Positions 21,513-34,685 of a stretch of DNA of 64,000 nucleotides are shown one piece after another. Positions within the stretch are counted from its first letter, which is position 1; each line of letters begins with the position of its first letter. The position numbers and the translations under genes were made by a program. The notes under the pieces are model-generated. The model had not been told where the DNA came from. It ran no database searches and worked only from the letters and a program-made list of their open reading frames with translations. Origin of the DNA: Paraspadella gotoi (taxonomy: Eukaryota; Animalia; Chaetognatha); NCBI GenBank assembly GCA_051294375.1, contig CM119265.1, positions 26,351,472-26,415,471 of the forward strand, given 5' to 3'.

Positions 21513-23245
21513 GATGATTATGATGTTTGGAATCTTGATTTTTTAGTTTAAAATAAAATTTTTTTTTTTACTTTTTTAGAATAGACATTTAAATGTTAAA
21601 TATATGTCTATGAATGACTGAAAATAAATTCGCTTTAAGTCAAAATTTTTTTAAATTGAAACTTGCTTTAGCGGATTTACTTACCCCTGAAAGTTGTACA
21701 TTTTTTTTCCGGTGACCTAACTTTTCTTCTCTTCTACTAGATTTGTTTTTTACCTTTACTCTACTATGATGCATTTTCCATTTATTTTTTTTAGTAGAAA
21801 TTTTTCTTTGGTCTGCACCACTAGATCTTTACTTGCACCTAAAAGACAAAAATACTTAATTTTGTTTTAAGTATATCTACATAGGTTTTATTTTTTTTTT
21901 CTGAAACAAACGAAGAGTCCATTTAATTTTCTTTATTGTTTTAAACCCTATTTTACCAAGAGGGCTTTATAACAAAGGAATATTCTAAATGAAGCTTTAA
22001 TCTGCACCGCACTAGATCTTTCATTTGCACCTGCTCTTTCAACGAGATATCAATTGTTTTTTTAAATTTTTATTATTTTTATTTTTTTCAAAATCATATG
22101 AATGAATTAAATTGAATAAATATATTAAATATAATGTATTCGCATAAAATAATATTGAATAAAATGAATTGAATAAATGTATTGAATGAATATAATACAT
22201 TGAATGAATAAAATGAATTGAATGAATAAACTGAATTGAATGAATGAATTAATATATGTATTTATTGAATTGAGTAAATTAATTAAATTTAAATTTATTT
22301 AATGTTAAAATAAATAAGATAAATAAATTGCATTGAGTAAATAGATGAAAAATATGCATATACCATAAATTATTAATTTTAATTCAGAAATTGAATGAGA
22401 TAAATGTGGGAAAGATAAAGTTGATAGAAAAGAAAAAACCAACATAAAAGAGAAAAGCAAAATAAAAACTAGTTATGGCGATATTAAAATGATAATATGC
22501 GCGCTGCAAAGGTTAACATTACAAGTTTTGATCTTAACAATATTTTTTTAAATACAAATCAAAGAAAACGAAGAGAGATAAAAAAGAGAGAGGAAGAGAA
22601 AGAGACGAGAGAAAAAAAAGAAAAAGTCTAATTGCTGCAGAGCTAAACTCATTTTTGGACAATCAGAAGAGGCAGTGACTGAGAAAAAGAGAGAGAAAAG
22701 AGCAACATATATTTCTTTTTCTTTATGATTATATACTAATTTACATATTACTGTTAGCAATAATAATTCTGAAAGAATTCAAAACAAAAATATTTTGTAT
22801 CAATATAAAAAATATGGTTTTAAAAAAGAGATTAAAAAGCTTTTTTCAGAGTACATACTTTAACAATTTCAATTATAGCAACAAACATTACAACAACAAG
22901 GACGACGATGACAGTAACATTATTAAAAGCAAAAGTAATACAAGCAAAATTAATATGTTTTGATTTCTAAAATATTTTTCAAGTATAAAAAATGTTATTA
23001 AGTATCGCAGTAACCAGTTCAGTTTAATGCCTTGAAAGCGTATTTACATGTATGGCACAGCACTGGTTTTTTTGTTTTTTGTTTTCTTTTCATTAAATCA
23101 GAAATATTTCCATAATTTTTAGCAAACAAAATTGGATTTTTTTTCTATATTATGTAATATTTTTCTATTTCCTTCCTAATTGAAATTAAAAAAAAATCCT
23201 TAATGCTTGAACTTTAATAAAAATATTTTTGCTTTACTTACGAGC

Positions 23246-23282
<37 letters not shown>

Positions 23283-24099
23283 TTCTGCGTCTGGAGATAA
23301 ATGACAAAAAGAAATAAAAAGTGGAAGAAAGTCAGAGAGAAGAAATATTAAGAAAAAAAAGAAAGAGAGGAGAAATAAGGAAACAAAAGAAAGAAAGAGA
23401 GAGAGATATAAACTACTTAAAAAAGGCATAAAGCAATAAGAAGAAGGAAAGAAAAAAACATTTTAAAGAGAAAATATTATGAACTGATATTCAATTTGTT
23501 TCCTTTCAGTACAATAAGAGCAGACAGATTGGAGAGATAATCAGCAGAATAAGTGAATCAATTGTTCCGAAGTCAGTAAATTTCTCGTCCAAATGGTGGA
23601 AAAGCGAATGTCTGGAAACCGATCCGCTTGATGGAACGACCACGACTGCACCACATCTTCTTTTACTTTTTGATCCTTTATTAACTTAATTGCACATAAG
23701 GACAGAACTAAAAAAAACCTATGGCTATGAAAAGAATAAACAATGTTTTAATGACAATCTTAGTGTTTTACTTAATCTGAGGAGTGCTTTTTAACATCAA
23801 AATATTACTATGTTGCTAATGTAATTTTTTAAAATCTCTTTAAAATATTTTGCTATTTATGCAACAATGATTTAAAAACTTCATTCTTTATTTTTTTGTT
23901 TGCTTTTTTTTGGTCATTAATAATGTTTTTAAGATTAAATTTGAAGCTTGTTTTTTTCTTAATTAAATTCTTTCAACTGCAAAATTTCTCTTCTTTCTCT
24001 CTTCTCTCTCTTCTCTTCTCTCTCTCTCTCTCTCTCTCTGCTCTCTCTCTTCTCCTCTCTCTCTCTCCTCTCTCTCTCTTTCCAGCGCATCAATCTCCC

Positions 24100-24556
24100 T
24101 TTTTCTAAAAATAAATGAACCAAAATCCCGTGAAAAGACAGACAGAAGATCTTTAAAAATGCTGTTCAAACTAAATTGACCAATCGACAGTCGACAGACT
24201 TTGTGTCAAAATGAGGAAAGAAGGAAAAGGAAAGAAGAAGGAAAGAAGGAAACGGAAAGAAGGAAAGGAAAAGAAGGAAAGGAAAGAAGGAAAGGGAAGA
24301 AGGAACGGAAAGAAGGAAAGGAAAGAAGGAAAGAAAAGAAGGAAAGAAAGAAGAGAAAGGAAAGAAGGAAAGGAAAGAAGGAAAGGAATAAGGAAAGGAA
24401 AGAAGGAAAGGGAAGAAGGAAAGAAAAGAAGGATCCTTCTTTCCTTTCCTTCTTTCCTTTCCTTCTTTCCTCATTTGATCACAAAGTCTGTCGACTGTCG
24501 ATTGGTCAATTTAGTTTGAACAGCATTTTTAAAGATCTTCTGTCTGTTTTTCACGG
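24100..24556. repeat. Local palindrome centred on GGATCC (~24431-24436) in an AAGG-rich tract, ending at a 25-N gap
   Basis: AAACTAAATTGACCAATCGACAGTCGACAGACTTTGTG (24168-24205) recurs reverse-complemented at 24480-24518. Confidence 0.8.
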
Positions 24557-24584
24557 NNNNNNNNNNNNNNNNNNNNNNNNNCTC

Positions 24585-24625
<41 letters not shown>

Positions 24626-25039
24626 TCTCTCTCTCTCTCTCTCTCTCTTTCTCTATCAGCGCATCAATCTCCCTTTTCTAAAAATAAATGAACCAAATCC
24701 CGTGAAAAACAGACAGAAGATCTTTAAAAAATGCTGTTCAAACTAAATTGACCAATCGACAGTCGACAGACTTTGTGATCAAATGAGGAAGAAGGAAAGG
24801 AAAGAAGGAAAGAAAGAAGGAACGGAAAGAAGGAAAGAGAAGAAAGGAAGAAGGAAAGGAAAGAAGGAACGGAAAGAAGGAAAGAAAAGAAGGAAGGGAA
24901 GAAGGAAGGAAAGAAGGAAGGAAAGAAGGAAAGAAAGAAGGAAAGGAAAGAAGGAAAGGAAAGAAGGAAAGGAAATAAGGAAGGAAAGAAGGAAAGGGAA
25001 GAAGGAAAGAAAAGAAGGAAAGGAAAGAAGGAAAGGAAA

Positions 25040-25364
25040 GAAGGAAAGGAAAAAATTTAAAAGAGAAGAAACTACAAGGAGGAAAAAAAGATAAAAAAGA
25101 AAATAAATTATTATTATTATTATAATTATAAATTATTATTACAAAATTTATAAAAACCATACATATCTTATAAATTAATTTAATAAATAAACTATCTTGG
25201 AAAGGTTTGTGGGTTAAGATAATAACATAGCGGAAACGTGCGAACTTAACTCCATAGACTGTGAGAAAATTTTGACTCTTATTACTTTTTAAAACAGATA
25301 GAAGACTTTAGCCACCATAGCCTGTCCAAAATTATTTCGCTTCATCTCTTCAAACGCTGGTCTT

Positions 25365-25451
<87 letters not shown>

Positions 25452-25896
25452 TCTTTTACCAACCGGAAAGTCTTCATGGTTCTTCAAAAGCATCGGTCAT
25501 GAACTGAAATCATTCAGCCCTGAATTTCTTGCGTTCATTTTTTCCTTTTCTTTTTACTTTCATTTTTATTCTTTTTTTTTTCAGTTTTTCATCTTTTTGT
25601 CTCTTAATTTTTGAAATCTCTATATTTTCTGAAAATTGAGAGAAAGTTTTTACATTTACAGTTTAAGTTTAAAATAAGAATGTGGGAATTAGCTTTCACA
25701 ACTTTCATCTTTTTTGCGAGATTTCACGCATTAAGATAAGAGGTTCTCACTTTTACACGTTTTAATTGTTGATTCAGATCATCGAACACAAATTTTTTTT
25801 TTTCGTAAACAAAACTAAAAATATAATATCTTTTTCTCAGCCTTTTAAAAGTCACCATTAAAGAGAGAGAGAGAGAGAGAGAGAGGGAAGAGAGAG

Positions 25897-25940
<44 letters not shown>

Positions 25941-26771
25941 GATTATCACAAAAAAAAGAAATGTTCTTACCAGGATAGAAATAATTTTCTAGGGTCTCGA
26001 TCCAACCCGAGGGCAAGTGGAGACTGAGATAAGTAACTCGGCGACGAGTCAGATAAGAGAAGAAATAAGAAAAATGGGAAATATATGAAAGGGATAAAAA
26101 AGAAAATCGGCGATAAAAGGAGGAATCTTTAAAAAAAAAATTGGATACGGTTATGAGAAAGTTGGGGAAAAAGAATTGAGTGAAAGGAGGAAAAAAGTAA
26201 AGACGTGATGTAGAAAAAAGAGAGAAGAAGTAAAATAAAATATCGGGGTGGGAAATATATCCGGACAAAATTGAAAAAAAAATTCATTACTCTAAAACGG
26301 TCAATGATTTTTGAAATGCTCTTTCACAGCTTTTAGCCGATATATTAATTGTTTGAAATACTTTGAAAATAATGCTTGTTTGGCTGATTTGTTTTCGAAA
26401 TTTAAATAAAATGTTCATGATTCTTTTCCACTCTAATGATTCTTAAAACCAACAGTGTTTCCCTCTACCGTACTCATGATGATTTCATTTTAAAAATATT
26501 GTGTTTTGGTAAATATACGCAGCAAAATAAGGATAAAATGAAAAAACTGAGGAAACTGATGTTTTTATTTAAAAAGTTAAAAAAGACATTATTTGACTAC
26601 AAACATTTTTGGCTTTTTATTAAGGAAATTATTGAGTATTATTGAGCCATTTAAAGAAAGATAAATTTGATTTAATAAATTTCTATTGCAACTCAGATGA
26701 GGCGTTATTAAAATAGACACTGAGCGAATTACACAAAATGAACTACTGTTATAGAAAAGAAATAGAAAGAG

Positions 26772-26829
<58 letters not shown>

Positions 26830-29074
26830 AGAAGAAGAAGTCTTCCACAAAACAAGAAAAGATAAAAGTAACAATAACTTTTTGGATAAAAATACGACGA
26901 CATTTGTGATAATAAAAATTACTCTACACTTGCGAAGACGACGACGATAAAGGCTAAATAGGCTGAAGGCTAAAACATTATTTGTAATTTTTAATAAGTC
27001 CTTTTTTTTAGCCTTGACAAACATTCATAAAGATAAAATATAGAAAACTAAAGTTGGTGCATTAGAATCAGTTATTATTAAGGAATCAAACGAAATGAAC
27101 AGAAAAAAGGCATTGCGCATCTACAACATTAGATTTGACCTGTTTTTTCTCACAAATTTTTTCGATGCGTCAAATTATGAACTATAAATCGCTTGTCGTA
27201 CATATGTTTTATTACTGGTGTAGTCATGTGATCACTATTGCTATCCAATGCTAGATAATTTGAGTAGTACGGAGTTAGTTTTTATAATATCTTGCAAAGG
27301 CTTTTCATCGCTTCACATATGTACGTCATCACAAAATTATATAAAATACGATTAAGTCAATGCGACAAAGAAACATTTTTCTAACATTTGAAAAAATAAT
27401 TATCTTCAGACTGGAGCAACCAATCCGGGAATGGATCATATTTATTTTTTATAGATTATCGTGTATATCAAAGTACCGAAATTTAGGACATAGAGACTAA
27501 TTTTGATTTGATTGTAACTTTTTTAATCAAAACATTCTTTTTCTACAAATAACTTTTTCTACAAAAACTTAGTCAACTGTTTCATTTAAAAAAAAACAAA
27601 ACTTAAGTTTTCTTTCTTCAAATGTAGTTTCATGTTCAGTTCAGTCTTTAGTTCAGTTCAGTTCAGTACATAAAAGAAGACAAATTAGGAGAAATGATCA
27701 CAAAATTAGTGAATCCATTCTCTCCGAAGTTCTGTGAACCATGCATCTGCGGATTAAACTCAAAAAAGTTTTTCTTATACATATTGAAATTGCGTGTGGA
27801 TAAAATATCTTGTCTGGAAGAAGTCAGTTGGGCGGGAATAGGATCGAGTAGCCAGTCGATAAATTTTGTAAGATCGGCTGGGATCTGACTATTATTCTCG
27901 GATTATTCCGAAAAAATTTGTTCCGATTTTAGACGGACTTGCACATGTAGTCCATTGCAAATACTATTAGTGTAACTGTACAACTGTAAATGAATTTTAC
28001 TTCTTACTTGTCGATAGTCTGTTATACCCTAAGGGCTGCTCTTGTAAATTTATGAAGATTAAAAAGAGAAATAAAAGATACTGAAAAATTAGTATTCTTT
28101 TTAAAAACGCAGTGATCTGTTAAGAGATTATGAAATTTTCTGTAACTGAATATCTCCTATTAGTTTCGATAGAGAACAAATAATGTCACCTCACCACAAA
28201 TACTTCATGATTTTTTCTGTCAAAATCTCATGTTTCGCTCTTTTCCCATTATGTAGATTTTGGAATGTGAAAAGGAGAACCTATACGAAAATAATGAAAT
28301 AATGAGTAAACAGTTTTTCATTTTTTTGCGCGTGCCTTGCTTAGTTTTTTATAATTATTTTATTCAGAAGCAAAATACGCATGTGTTGAGTGTAATTTAA
28401 CAAAGATACTTAGAAGTTTTCCTCTTTTTGTACACTTGTAATTGCAGAAAACTTTATCATTGAAGATGAATATTGAATCAGTCCTTATTTTTTTATTTTC
28501 ATGTCAATAACATAAGTTTTTCAAATTCCAAGAATTTGATCTAATTGGAGTGAAAATATTAGGTTGATCAGCATAATAAAAGTGGATGTGAAGTATATTT
28601 GAAGGCAGATACAAATGTGTCGAAGTTTTCTTTTTTCTACCGATCAACAGCCAAACTGAATTAATCCCCCGAAAAAAGATAACATTAAAATTATCAAAGT
28701 AAAAAGTAATATTGTGGTTTACGAATCTTTTGATTTCCAATAATTAATTATTTTACGCAAAGCGACGAACGCCCATCACTGTGAATAATTGAAAAGCATG
28801 AAGAAATATTCAATAGTCATGTTTTAGTGGCAAAATGTGACAATTCTTCGCATGTCTAATTTCATTTACGTGTTTGCCTTTATAACGAATGTTGATTTAA
28901 GATCTGGTACATCCCCTTTTGTTTGCTAAAATCCAAATTTTTAGGAATCTGTTTAATATAAAATATGGCCAAACCCGAGGAAGCCGATTGCTAAACACAT
29001 CTATGGTTTCACTCAAGTATTTGTTGTTATATCCTAATGTTTGAATTGGAAGACATGAAATATATTGAAAGCAA
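25040..29074 (-). repeat. ~4-kb inverted copy of 10105-14097, including the garbled 3' half of XK-A (27663-29074)
   Basis: Colinear reverse complement; error density rises toward 29074, where it breaks off into a GA repeat. Confidence 0.88.
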
Positions 29075-29404
29075 AGAGAGAGAGAGAGAGAGAGAGAAAA
29101 TTTTGCAGTTGAAAGAAATTTAATTAAGAAAAAACAAGCTCAAAATTTAATCTTAAAAAATTATTAATGACGCAAAAAAAAGCAAACAAAAAAAATAAAG
29201 GAATGAAGTTTTTAATCATGTTTGATAAAAATAGCAAAATATTTTAAGAGATTTTAAAAAATTACATTAGCAACTAGTAATATTTTGATTGTTAAAAAGT
29301 CACTCCTCAGATTAAGTAAAAACACTAAGATTGTCATTAAAACATTGTTTATTCTTTTCATAGCCATAGGTTTTTTTTTTAGTTCTGTCCTTATGTGCAA
29401 TTAA

Positions 29405-29584
29405 GTTAATAAAGGATCAAAAAGTAAAAGAAGATGTGGTGCAGTCGTGGTCGTTCCATCCAAGGGATCGGTTTCCAGACATTCGCTTTTCCACCATTTG
29501 GACGAGAAATTTACTGACTTCGGAACAATTGATTCACTTATTCTGCTGATTATCTCTCCAATCTGTCTGCTCTTATTGTACTGA
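29405..29584 (+). pseudogene. Isolated XK-family C-terminal segment (orphan terminal exon or relic paralog, XK-D)
   Basis: Open frame VNKGSKSKRRCGAVVVVPSKGSVSRHSLFHHLDEKFTDFGTIDSLILLIISPICLLLLY* matches the XK-A end FTDFGEMDSLILLIISPICLLLLY*; mirrored at ~23505-23690. Confidence 0.7.
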
Positions 29585-29811
29585 AAAGGAAACAAATTGA
29601 ATATCAGTTCATAATATTTTCTCTTTAAAATGTTTTTTCTTTCCTTCTTCTTATTGCTTTATGCCTTTTTAAGTAGTTTATATCTCTCTTCTCTTTTTCT
29701 TTCTTTTTTGTTTCCTTATTTCTCCTCTCTTCTTTTTTTCTTAATATTTTCTTCTCTCTGACTTTCTTCCACTTTTTTATTTCTTTTTGTCATTTATCTC
29801 CAGACGCAGAA

Positions 29812-29848
<37 letters not shown>

Positions 29849-31564
29849 GCTCGTAAGTAAAGCAAAAATATTTTTATAAAGTTCAAGCATTAAGATTTTT
29901 TTTTAATTCAATTAGGAAGAATATAGAAAAAAATATACATAATATAGAAAAAAATCCAATTTTGTTTGCTAAAAATTATGGAAATATTTCTGATTAATGA
30001 AAAGAAAACAAAAAACAAAAAAACCAGTGGCTGTGCCAATACATGTAAATCGCTTTCAAGGGCTTAAACTGAACTGTTACTGCGATACTAATAACATTTT
30101 TATACTTGAAAAAATATTTTAGAAATCAAAACAATATTAATTTTGCTTGTATTACTTTTGCTTTTTAATAATGTTACTGTCATCGTCGTCCTTGTTGTTG
30201 TAATGTTTTTGTATAATTGGAAATTGTTAAAGTATGTACCTGAAAAAAGCTTTTAATCTTCTTTTTTAAAACCATATTTTTTATATTGATACAAATATTT
30301 TTTGTTTGAAATTCTTTCAGATTATTGCTAACAGTAATATGTAAATTAGTATATAATCATAAAAGAAAAAAAATATATGTTGCTCTTTCTCTCTCTTTTT
30401 CTCAGTCACTGCCTCTTCTGATTTGTCCAAAAATGAGTTTAGCTCTGCAGCAATTAGACTTTTTCTTTTTTTTCTCTCTCTCTTTCTTTCTTCCTCTCTC
30501 TTTTTATCTCTCTCTTTTCTTTGATTTGTATTTAAAAAAATATTGTTAAGATCAAACTTGTAATGTTAACCTTTGCAGCCGCGCATATTATCATTTTAAT
30601 ATCGCCATACTAGTTTTTATTTTGCTTTTTCTCTTTTATGTTGGTTTTTTTCTTTTTCTATCACTTTATCTTTCCCACATTTATTCATTCAATTTCTGAA
30701 TTAAAATTATATAAATTTATGTATATGCATATTTTTTCATCTATTTACTCAATGCAATTTATTTATCTTATTTATTTAAATTAAATTAAATTTAAATTTA
30801 ATTAATTTACTCAATTCAATAAATACATTATATTAATTTCATTCATTCAATTCAGTTTATTCATTCAATTCATTTTATTCATTCAATGTATTATATTCAT
30901 TCAATACATTTATTCAATTCATTTTATTCAATATATTTTATGCAATACATTATATTTAATATATTTATATCAATTTAATTCATTCATATGATTTTGAAAA
31001 AATTAAAAATAATAAAAATTAAAAAAACAATTGATATCTCGTTGGAAAGAGCAGGTGCAAATGAAGATCTAGTGGGTGCAGATAAAGTTCATTTAGAATA
31101 TTCCTTTGTTTATAAAGCCCTCTGGTAAAATAGGGTTAAAACATAAAGAAAATTAAATGGGACTCTTCGTTTGTTTCAGAAAAAAAAAATAAAACCTATG
31201 GTAGATATACTTAAAACTAAAATTAATTGCTATTTTGTTTTTTAGGTGCAAGTAAAGATCTAGTGGGTGCAGACAAAAGAATAAATTTCTATAAAAAAAT
31301 AAATGGAAAATGCTCATAGTAGAGAAAGTAAAAAACAAATCCTAGTAGAAGAGAAGAAAAGTTAGGTCACCGGAAAAAAATGTACAATTTCAGGGGGTAA
31401 GTAAATCGCTAAAGCAAGTTTCAATTAAAAAAAATTTTGACAAAAGGAATTTATTTTCAGTCATTCATAGACATATATTTCAACATTTTAAATGTCTATT
31501 TCTAAAAAGTAAAAAAAATATTTTATTTTAAACTAAAAAATCAAGATTCAAAATCATAATCATC

Positions 31565-34105
31565 ATGTCCGTCTTAAAGTTAGGAATTCTGCTGCTGAGC
31601 ATTTCCTTGAAAATCTCCGACATGGCCACTGACATCAAAGTTATGATCGATAGCTTCTTGTCCTTTGCTTGGTCATACAAAATGATCGGATTCCTCAATC
31701 TTGGTGTGGTTCTGATCCACAGTCTGGTGTCTGCCATACATTGCTTTCGCAGTGTCAGGGGTCGCCCAATCTATGGGCGACTGTTTTTAAGTAGAAAGTG
31801 GAGGTTTTTCACGGTGGTCAGCCAAATGTTTGGATTCGGATCAATACCACTATTGATCGATTTCTATTTAGATGAGGAGAGTCAAATTCGCAGCTCACAA
31901 ATGCTGCAAGAAAAATCGGAGCTCATCTTTTCCCTCAATGCTGCACACGTCCTTTTGGAATCCTTTCCGCAAATGCTGTTACAAACTGCGGCCTTTGTCA
32001 TTTCACTAACCAGTGGAACTATGGAGCAGTGTTTTCCCAATGGAACCAATAGTAAATTTTTTGGTTTTTATTATGGGGAAGTTTTTTTGATTGACAAGAA
32101 TGGAAACTTAACGGGCTCTCGAGAGCATTGCAGTTGTCATGCTAACTCTGTATTTCAACAATTGTATTTTAGAGAGTATTTTTGCAGTTGGAAAATCAAA
32201 AATTATTTTGCATTGATTTCAGCCACTCTCTCCACAGCTAGTGTTGCCACACTGGCTTCTGAATACAGAATGATTCAAATGAAATGCGGGCATTGCAACA
32301 ATATTAACATTAAATCTAAAACCCTATTATTGTTGGGAAATTTTCAAGGCATTGTTGGTTTGAGTACTTGCCTGTTTCTTGTATTTGTCCATGCATGGAA
32401 TGTTTCCTTCTTCTACCTTGCTGTGGCTCCTTTCATAATTTTCAGAGTGTTAACACCGTTGGATATTAAAACAGTATTTTGGAGATTAATTAAAAACGAT
32501 GCATTTTTGACAGGACGTAAATTATTAAAAACTAATGAAATTATAATGATGCCATTATTTTCGATTTTGATAATGTCATCAATTCTGACATTAGATAAAC
32601 ATAAGTACATCAGCGAAGTTATAGACCATTTTAACAATCGTGCCATCTCAGGTTTAGCCATTTTAAATGTAAACAGGATTCCTAAAATTTGGATTTTTGA
32701 CGAAAAAATTAATAATATGTATCCCAACCCTCTTTCACTTGACTGCATAAAGGTTCAACATGGAAATGGTATAGCCAAATGGGAGAGATTGTCTGGTTGC
32801 ACAAAGAATATGATAATCTGGAATGATTTGGACGCTATTGATATGAGAAAAATAAAACCTTTTAGGCGTGTTTTGGTGTATAAATTAAGAATTGGTAATT
32901 ATATGATTTTTAAACCGAAATATACTTTCTATTTGGTAATTCTACTGTCGGATCTTTTATCTGGAGAAATATTTTCAATGTGGCTGATAATACTTAAAAA
33001 CAAAAACATACAACAAATCGGTACATGCTTTCATATTGCATTAACATCCATTATGATTGTTGTAATAAATTTAATATTTTCAGTGAACTTTGAACAAATT
33101 ATTGAAAAATATCATAATTATGCTTTAAAAAGTCTCAGCGGAGAATCAAGAAAAAGCCTTAAATCAATGTTTTTATTTTCGGAAAGTCATGTGTACAAAA
33201 GAGGAAAGCTGTTAACTGAGCTTTGGCTAACCGCACTAGCAACTCTGATTATTTTAATAGTTAAAAAAACGATCTTAAAATTACGTAGTCACATTAAAAA
33301 CATTAAAAAACCTTTGATTTTGTTTTTCATAGTCATACTCATAGGCTTTTCACTTTTTCTGCCCTTATTTACATTCAAATACTTGAAAGATGAAAAAGTA
33401 AAAGATAATCTGGCTCAAAAACTCAAACAGTATTGTCACATATTAATGAGAAATAAAAGTGATATTCAGATTTATAGAAAATTGCACAATCTTGTAAACG
33501 CTTCAGTTGTCCTTAAAAAGTACTTTTTCATTCTTTTCTCTCTTTCATTCTTTCCAATTTTAAATTTGCTAAAAGCTTTGTTGAATTTTTCTGGTTTTTC
33601 AACTGTGAGAAATAATTTTTTTTTTTGTTCTGTCATTACCGTCTTGTACTCTGGCATGTATTACGTATTACAAGTCACTCAAAAAACAAAAAGACTTGAC
33701 AAGTTCTCCTCTGCAATGGCTGATAACAATGAAAATTCTAACTTTCAAACCGTGACAAGATCTCGAGAAGTACAATCAATCGCTTACGTGACACGTATGT
33801 ACCCGCCGTCATACTTTAAAATCAGTCTTACTTTTGCTGGTCCTGAATCGGATGCAAAATTCTACGACTATGGAGAAATAGATTCATTAATTCTCTTGAT
33901 TATTTCTCCGATCTGTTTTATTTATTGTATTGATTACCAAAAAGAAAAGCAATTGGTCATAAATAGGTGTTACGAAATCATTATCAATATATATACCGTG
34001 AATCCAAACTTCTCTTCTTTCACCCCGATGCTCTTTTATTTCTATTTTACTAACGCAAGGAAATTCTATTTCTTCCGCGATCACAGCGACATCTTTGGTT
34101 TCTAA
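31565..34105 (+). CDS. XK-related multi-pass membrane protein with additional C-terminal multi-TM domain (XK-B), intronless, 846 aa; last 45 aa are LTR-derived
   Basis: SDMATD and FSLNAAHVLLESFPQMLLQTAAF motifs; colinear with XK-A; ORF crosses into the LTR at 33968. Confidence 0.85.
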   Translation: MSVLKLGILLLSISLKISDMATDIKVMIDSFLSFAWSYKMIGFLNLGVVLIHSLVSAIHCFRSVRGRPIYGRLFLSRKWRFFTVVSQMFGFGSIPLLIDFYLDEESQIRSSQMLQEKSELIFSLNAAHVLLESFPQMLLQTAAFVISLTSGTMEQCFPNGTNSKFFGFYYGEVFLIDKNGNLTGSREHCSCHANSVFQQLYFREYFCSWKIKNYFALISATLSTASVATLASEYRMIQMKCGHCNNINIKSKTLLLLGNFQGIVGLSTCLFLVFVHAWNVSFFYLAVAPFIIFRVLTPLDIKTVFWRLIKNDAFLTGRKLLKTNEIIMMPLFSILIMSSILTLDKHKYISEVIDHFNNRAISGLAILNVNRIPKIWIFDEKINNMYPNPLSLDCIKVQHGNGIAKWERLSGCTKNMIIWNDLDAIDMRKIKPFRRVLVYKLRIGNYMIFKPKYTFYLVILLSDLLSGEIFSMWLIILKNKNIQQIGTCFHIALTSIMIVVINLIFSVNFEQIIEKYHNYALKSLSGESRKSLKSMFLFSESHVYKRGKLLTELWLTALATLIILIVKKTILKLRSHIKNIKKPLILFFIVILIGFSLFLPLFTFKYLKDEKVKDNLAQKLKQYCHILMRNKSDIQIYRKLHNLVNASVVLKKYFFILFSLSFFPILNLLKALLNFSGFSTVRNNFFFCSVITVLYSGMYYVLQVTQKTKRLDKFSSAMADNNENSNFQTVTRSREVQSIAYVTRMYPPSYFKISLTFAGPESDAKFYDYGEIDSLILLIISPICFIYCIDYQKEKQLVINRCYEIIINIYTVNPNFSSFTPMLFYFYFTNARKFYFFRDHSDIFGF

Positions 34106-34685
34106 TTTGTATCATAGTATATATACTTAAGTACAGGCTTCGAGTGGCTACGCATGGCTGTTTCTGATTGGTTCCGCCGTTTCTTTAGATCTCAGCATTG
34201 ATTTCTATCGACGTGTGACCTCTCAGATTTGTTCAGTCTTGCAATGCGTTTTTTACTACTTTTTAAAAATAATAAATCGCTATTTAAGATATCTCGGAAA
34301 CTCTTTTTTTAATAAAGAAACTAGTTGATCGCTGGAATTGGTGGACTTTCCTTGTGATAGAGGCAACCATTTCTACTAATTTGGCTTCAGAAACAAGTAA
34401 GATGGATTCTTTAAACTTTATATATATATTTGCTGAGTGTGTATATAATGTTTTGTTATTCTTGCCCAGGACTTCTAACTCTACTCTACACATCCATCTC
34501 ATCAACTTTAGATAGAAGTGCTGGGCTTCGACTTTGTCGTCAGATCATCATCTTGAGCGTCTTGACCGCGCCCATCGTCTCGTCCGCGCCATCTCAACTC
34601 GAATTCCTCTCGTTTTGATAGCGCAGGATCAGCTCAGCCAGTTAGTTGTCAACGACAGCCACCTCTACGACATAGTTTCAATACA
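33968..34685 (+). repeat. 5' LTR (~718 bp)
   Basis: TGTTACGAAATC...CATAGTTTCAATACA; homologous to 42881-43861. Confidence 0.85.

Larger units (their letters stand above)
14123..24000 (-). repeat. ~10-kb inverted, error-rich copy of the LTR-free haplotype (29075-33967 joined to 43867-47550/53283-58050)
   Basis: In reverse-complement order it contains the XK-B upstream region, XK-B, the hAT-like element and the XK-C 5' end; starts at a 25-N gap. Confidence 0.88.

Noticed and set aside
24166-25160. K/R/E-rich and F/S/L-rich ORFs (also at 3094-3412, 15603-16025, 46642-47181)
   Set aside because: These are translations of AAGG, GA and GAAAA simple repeats.
18944-29074. Extra XK pseudogenes on the minus strand as independent family members
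   Set aside because: They are near-identical to XK-A and XK-B apart from random indels and lie inside mirror-image blocks, so they are best explained as raw-read duplicates.
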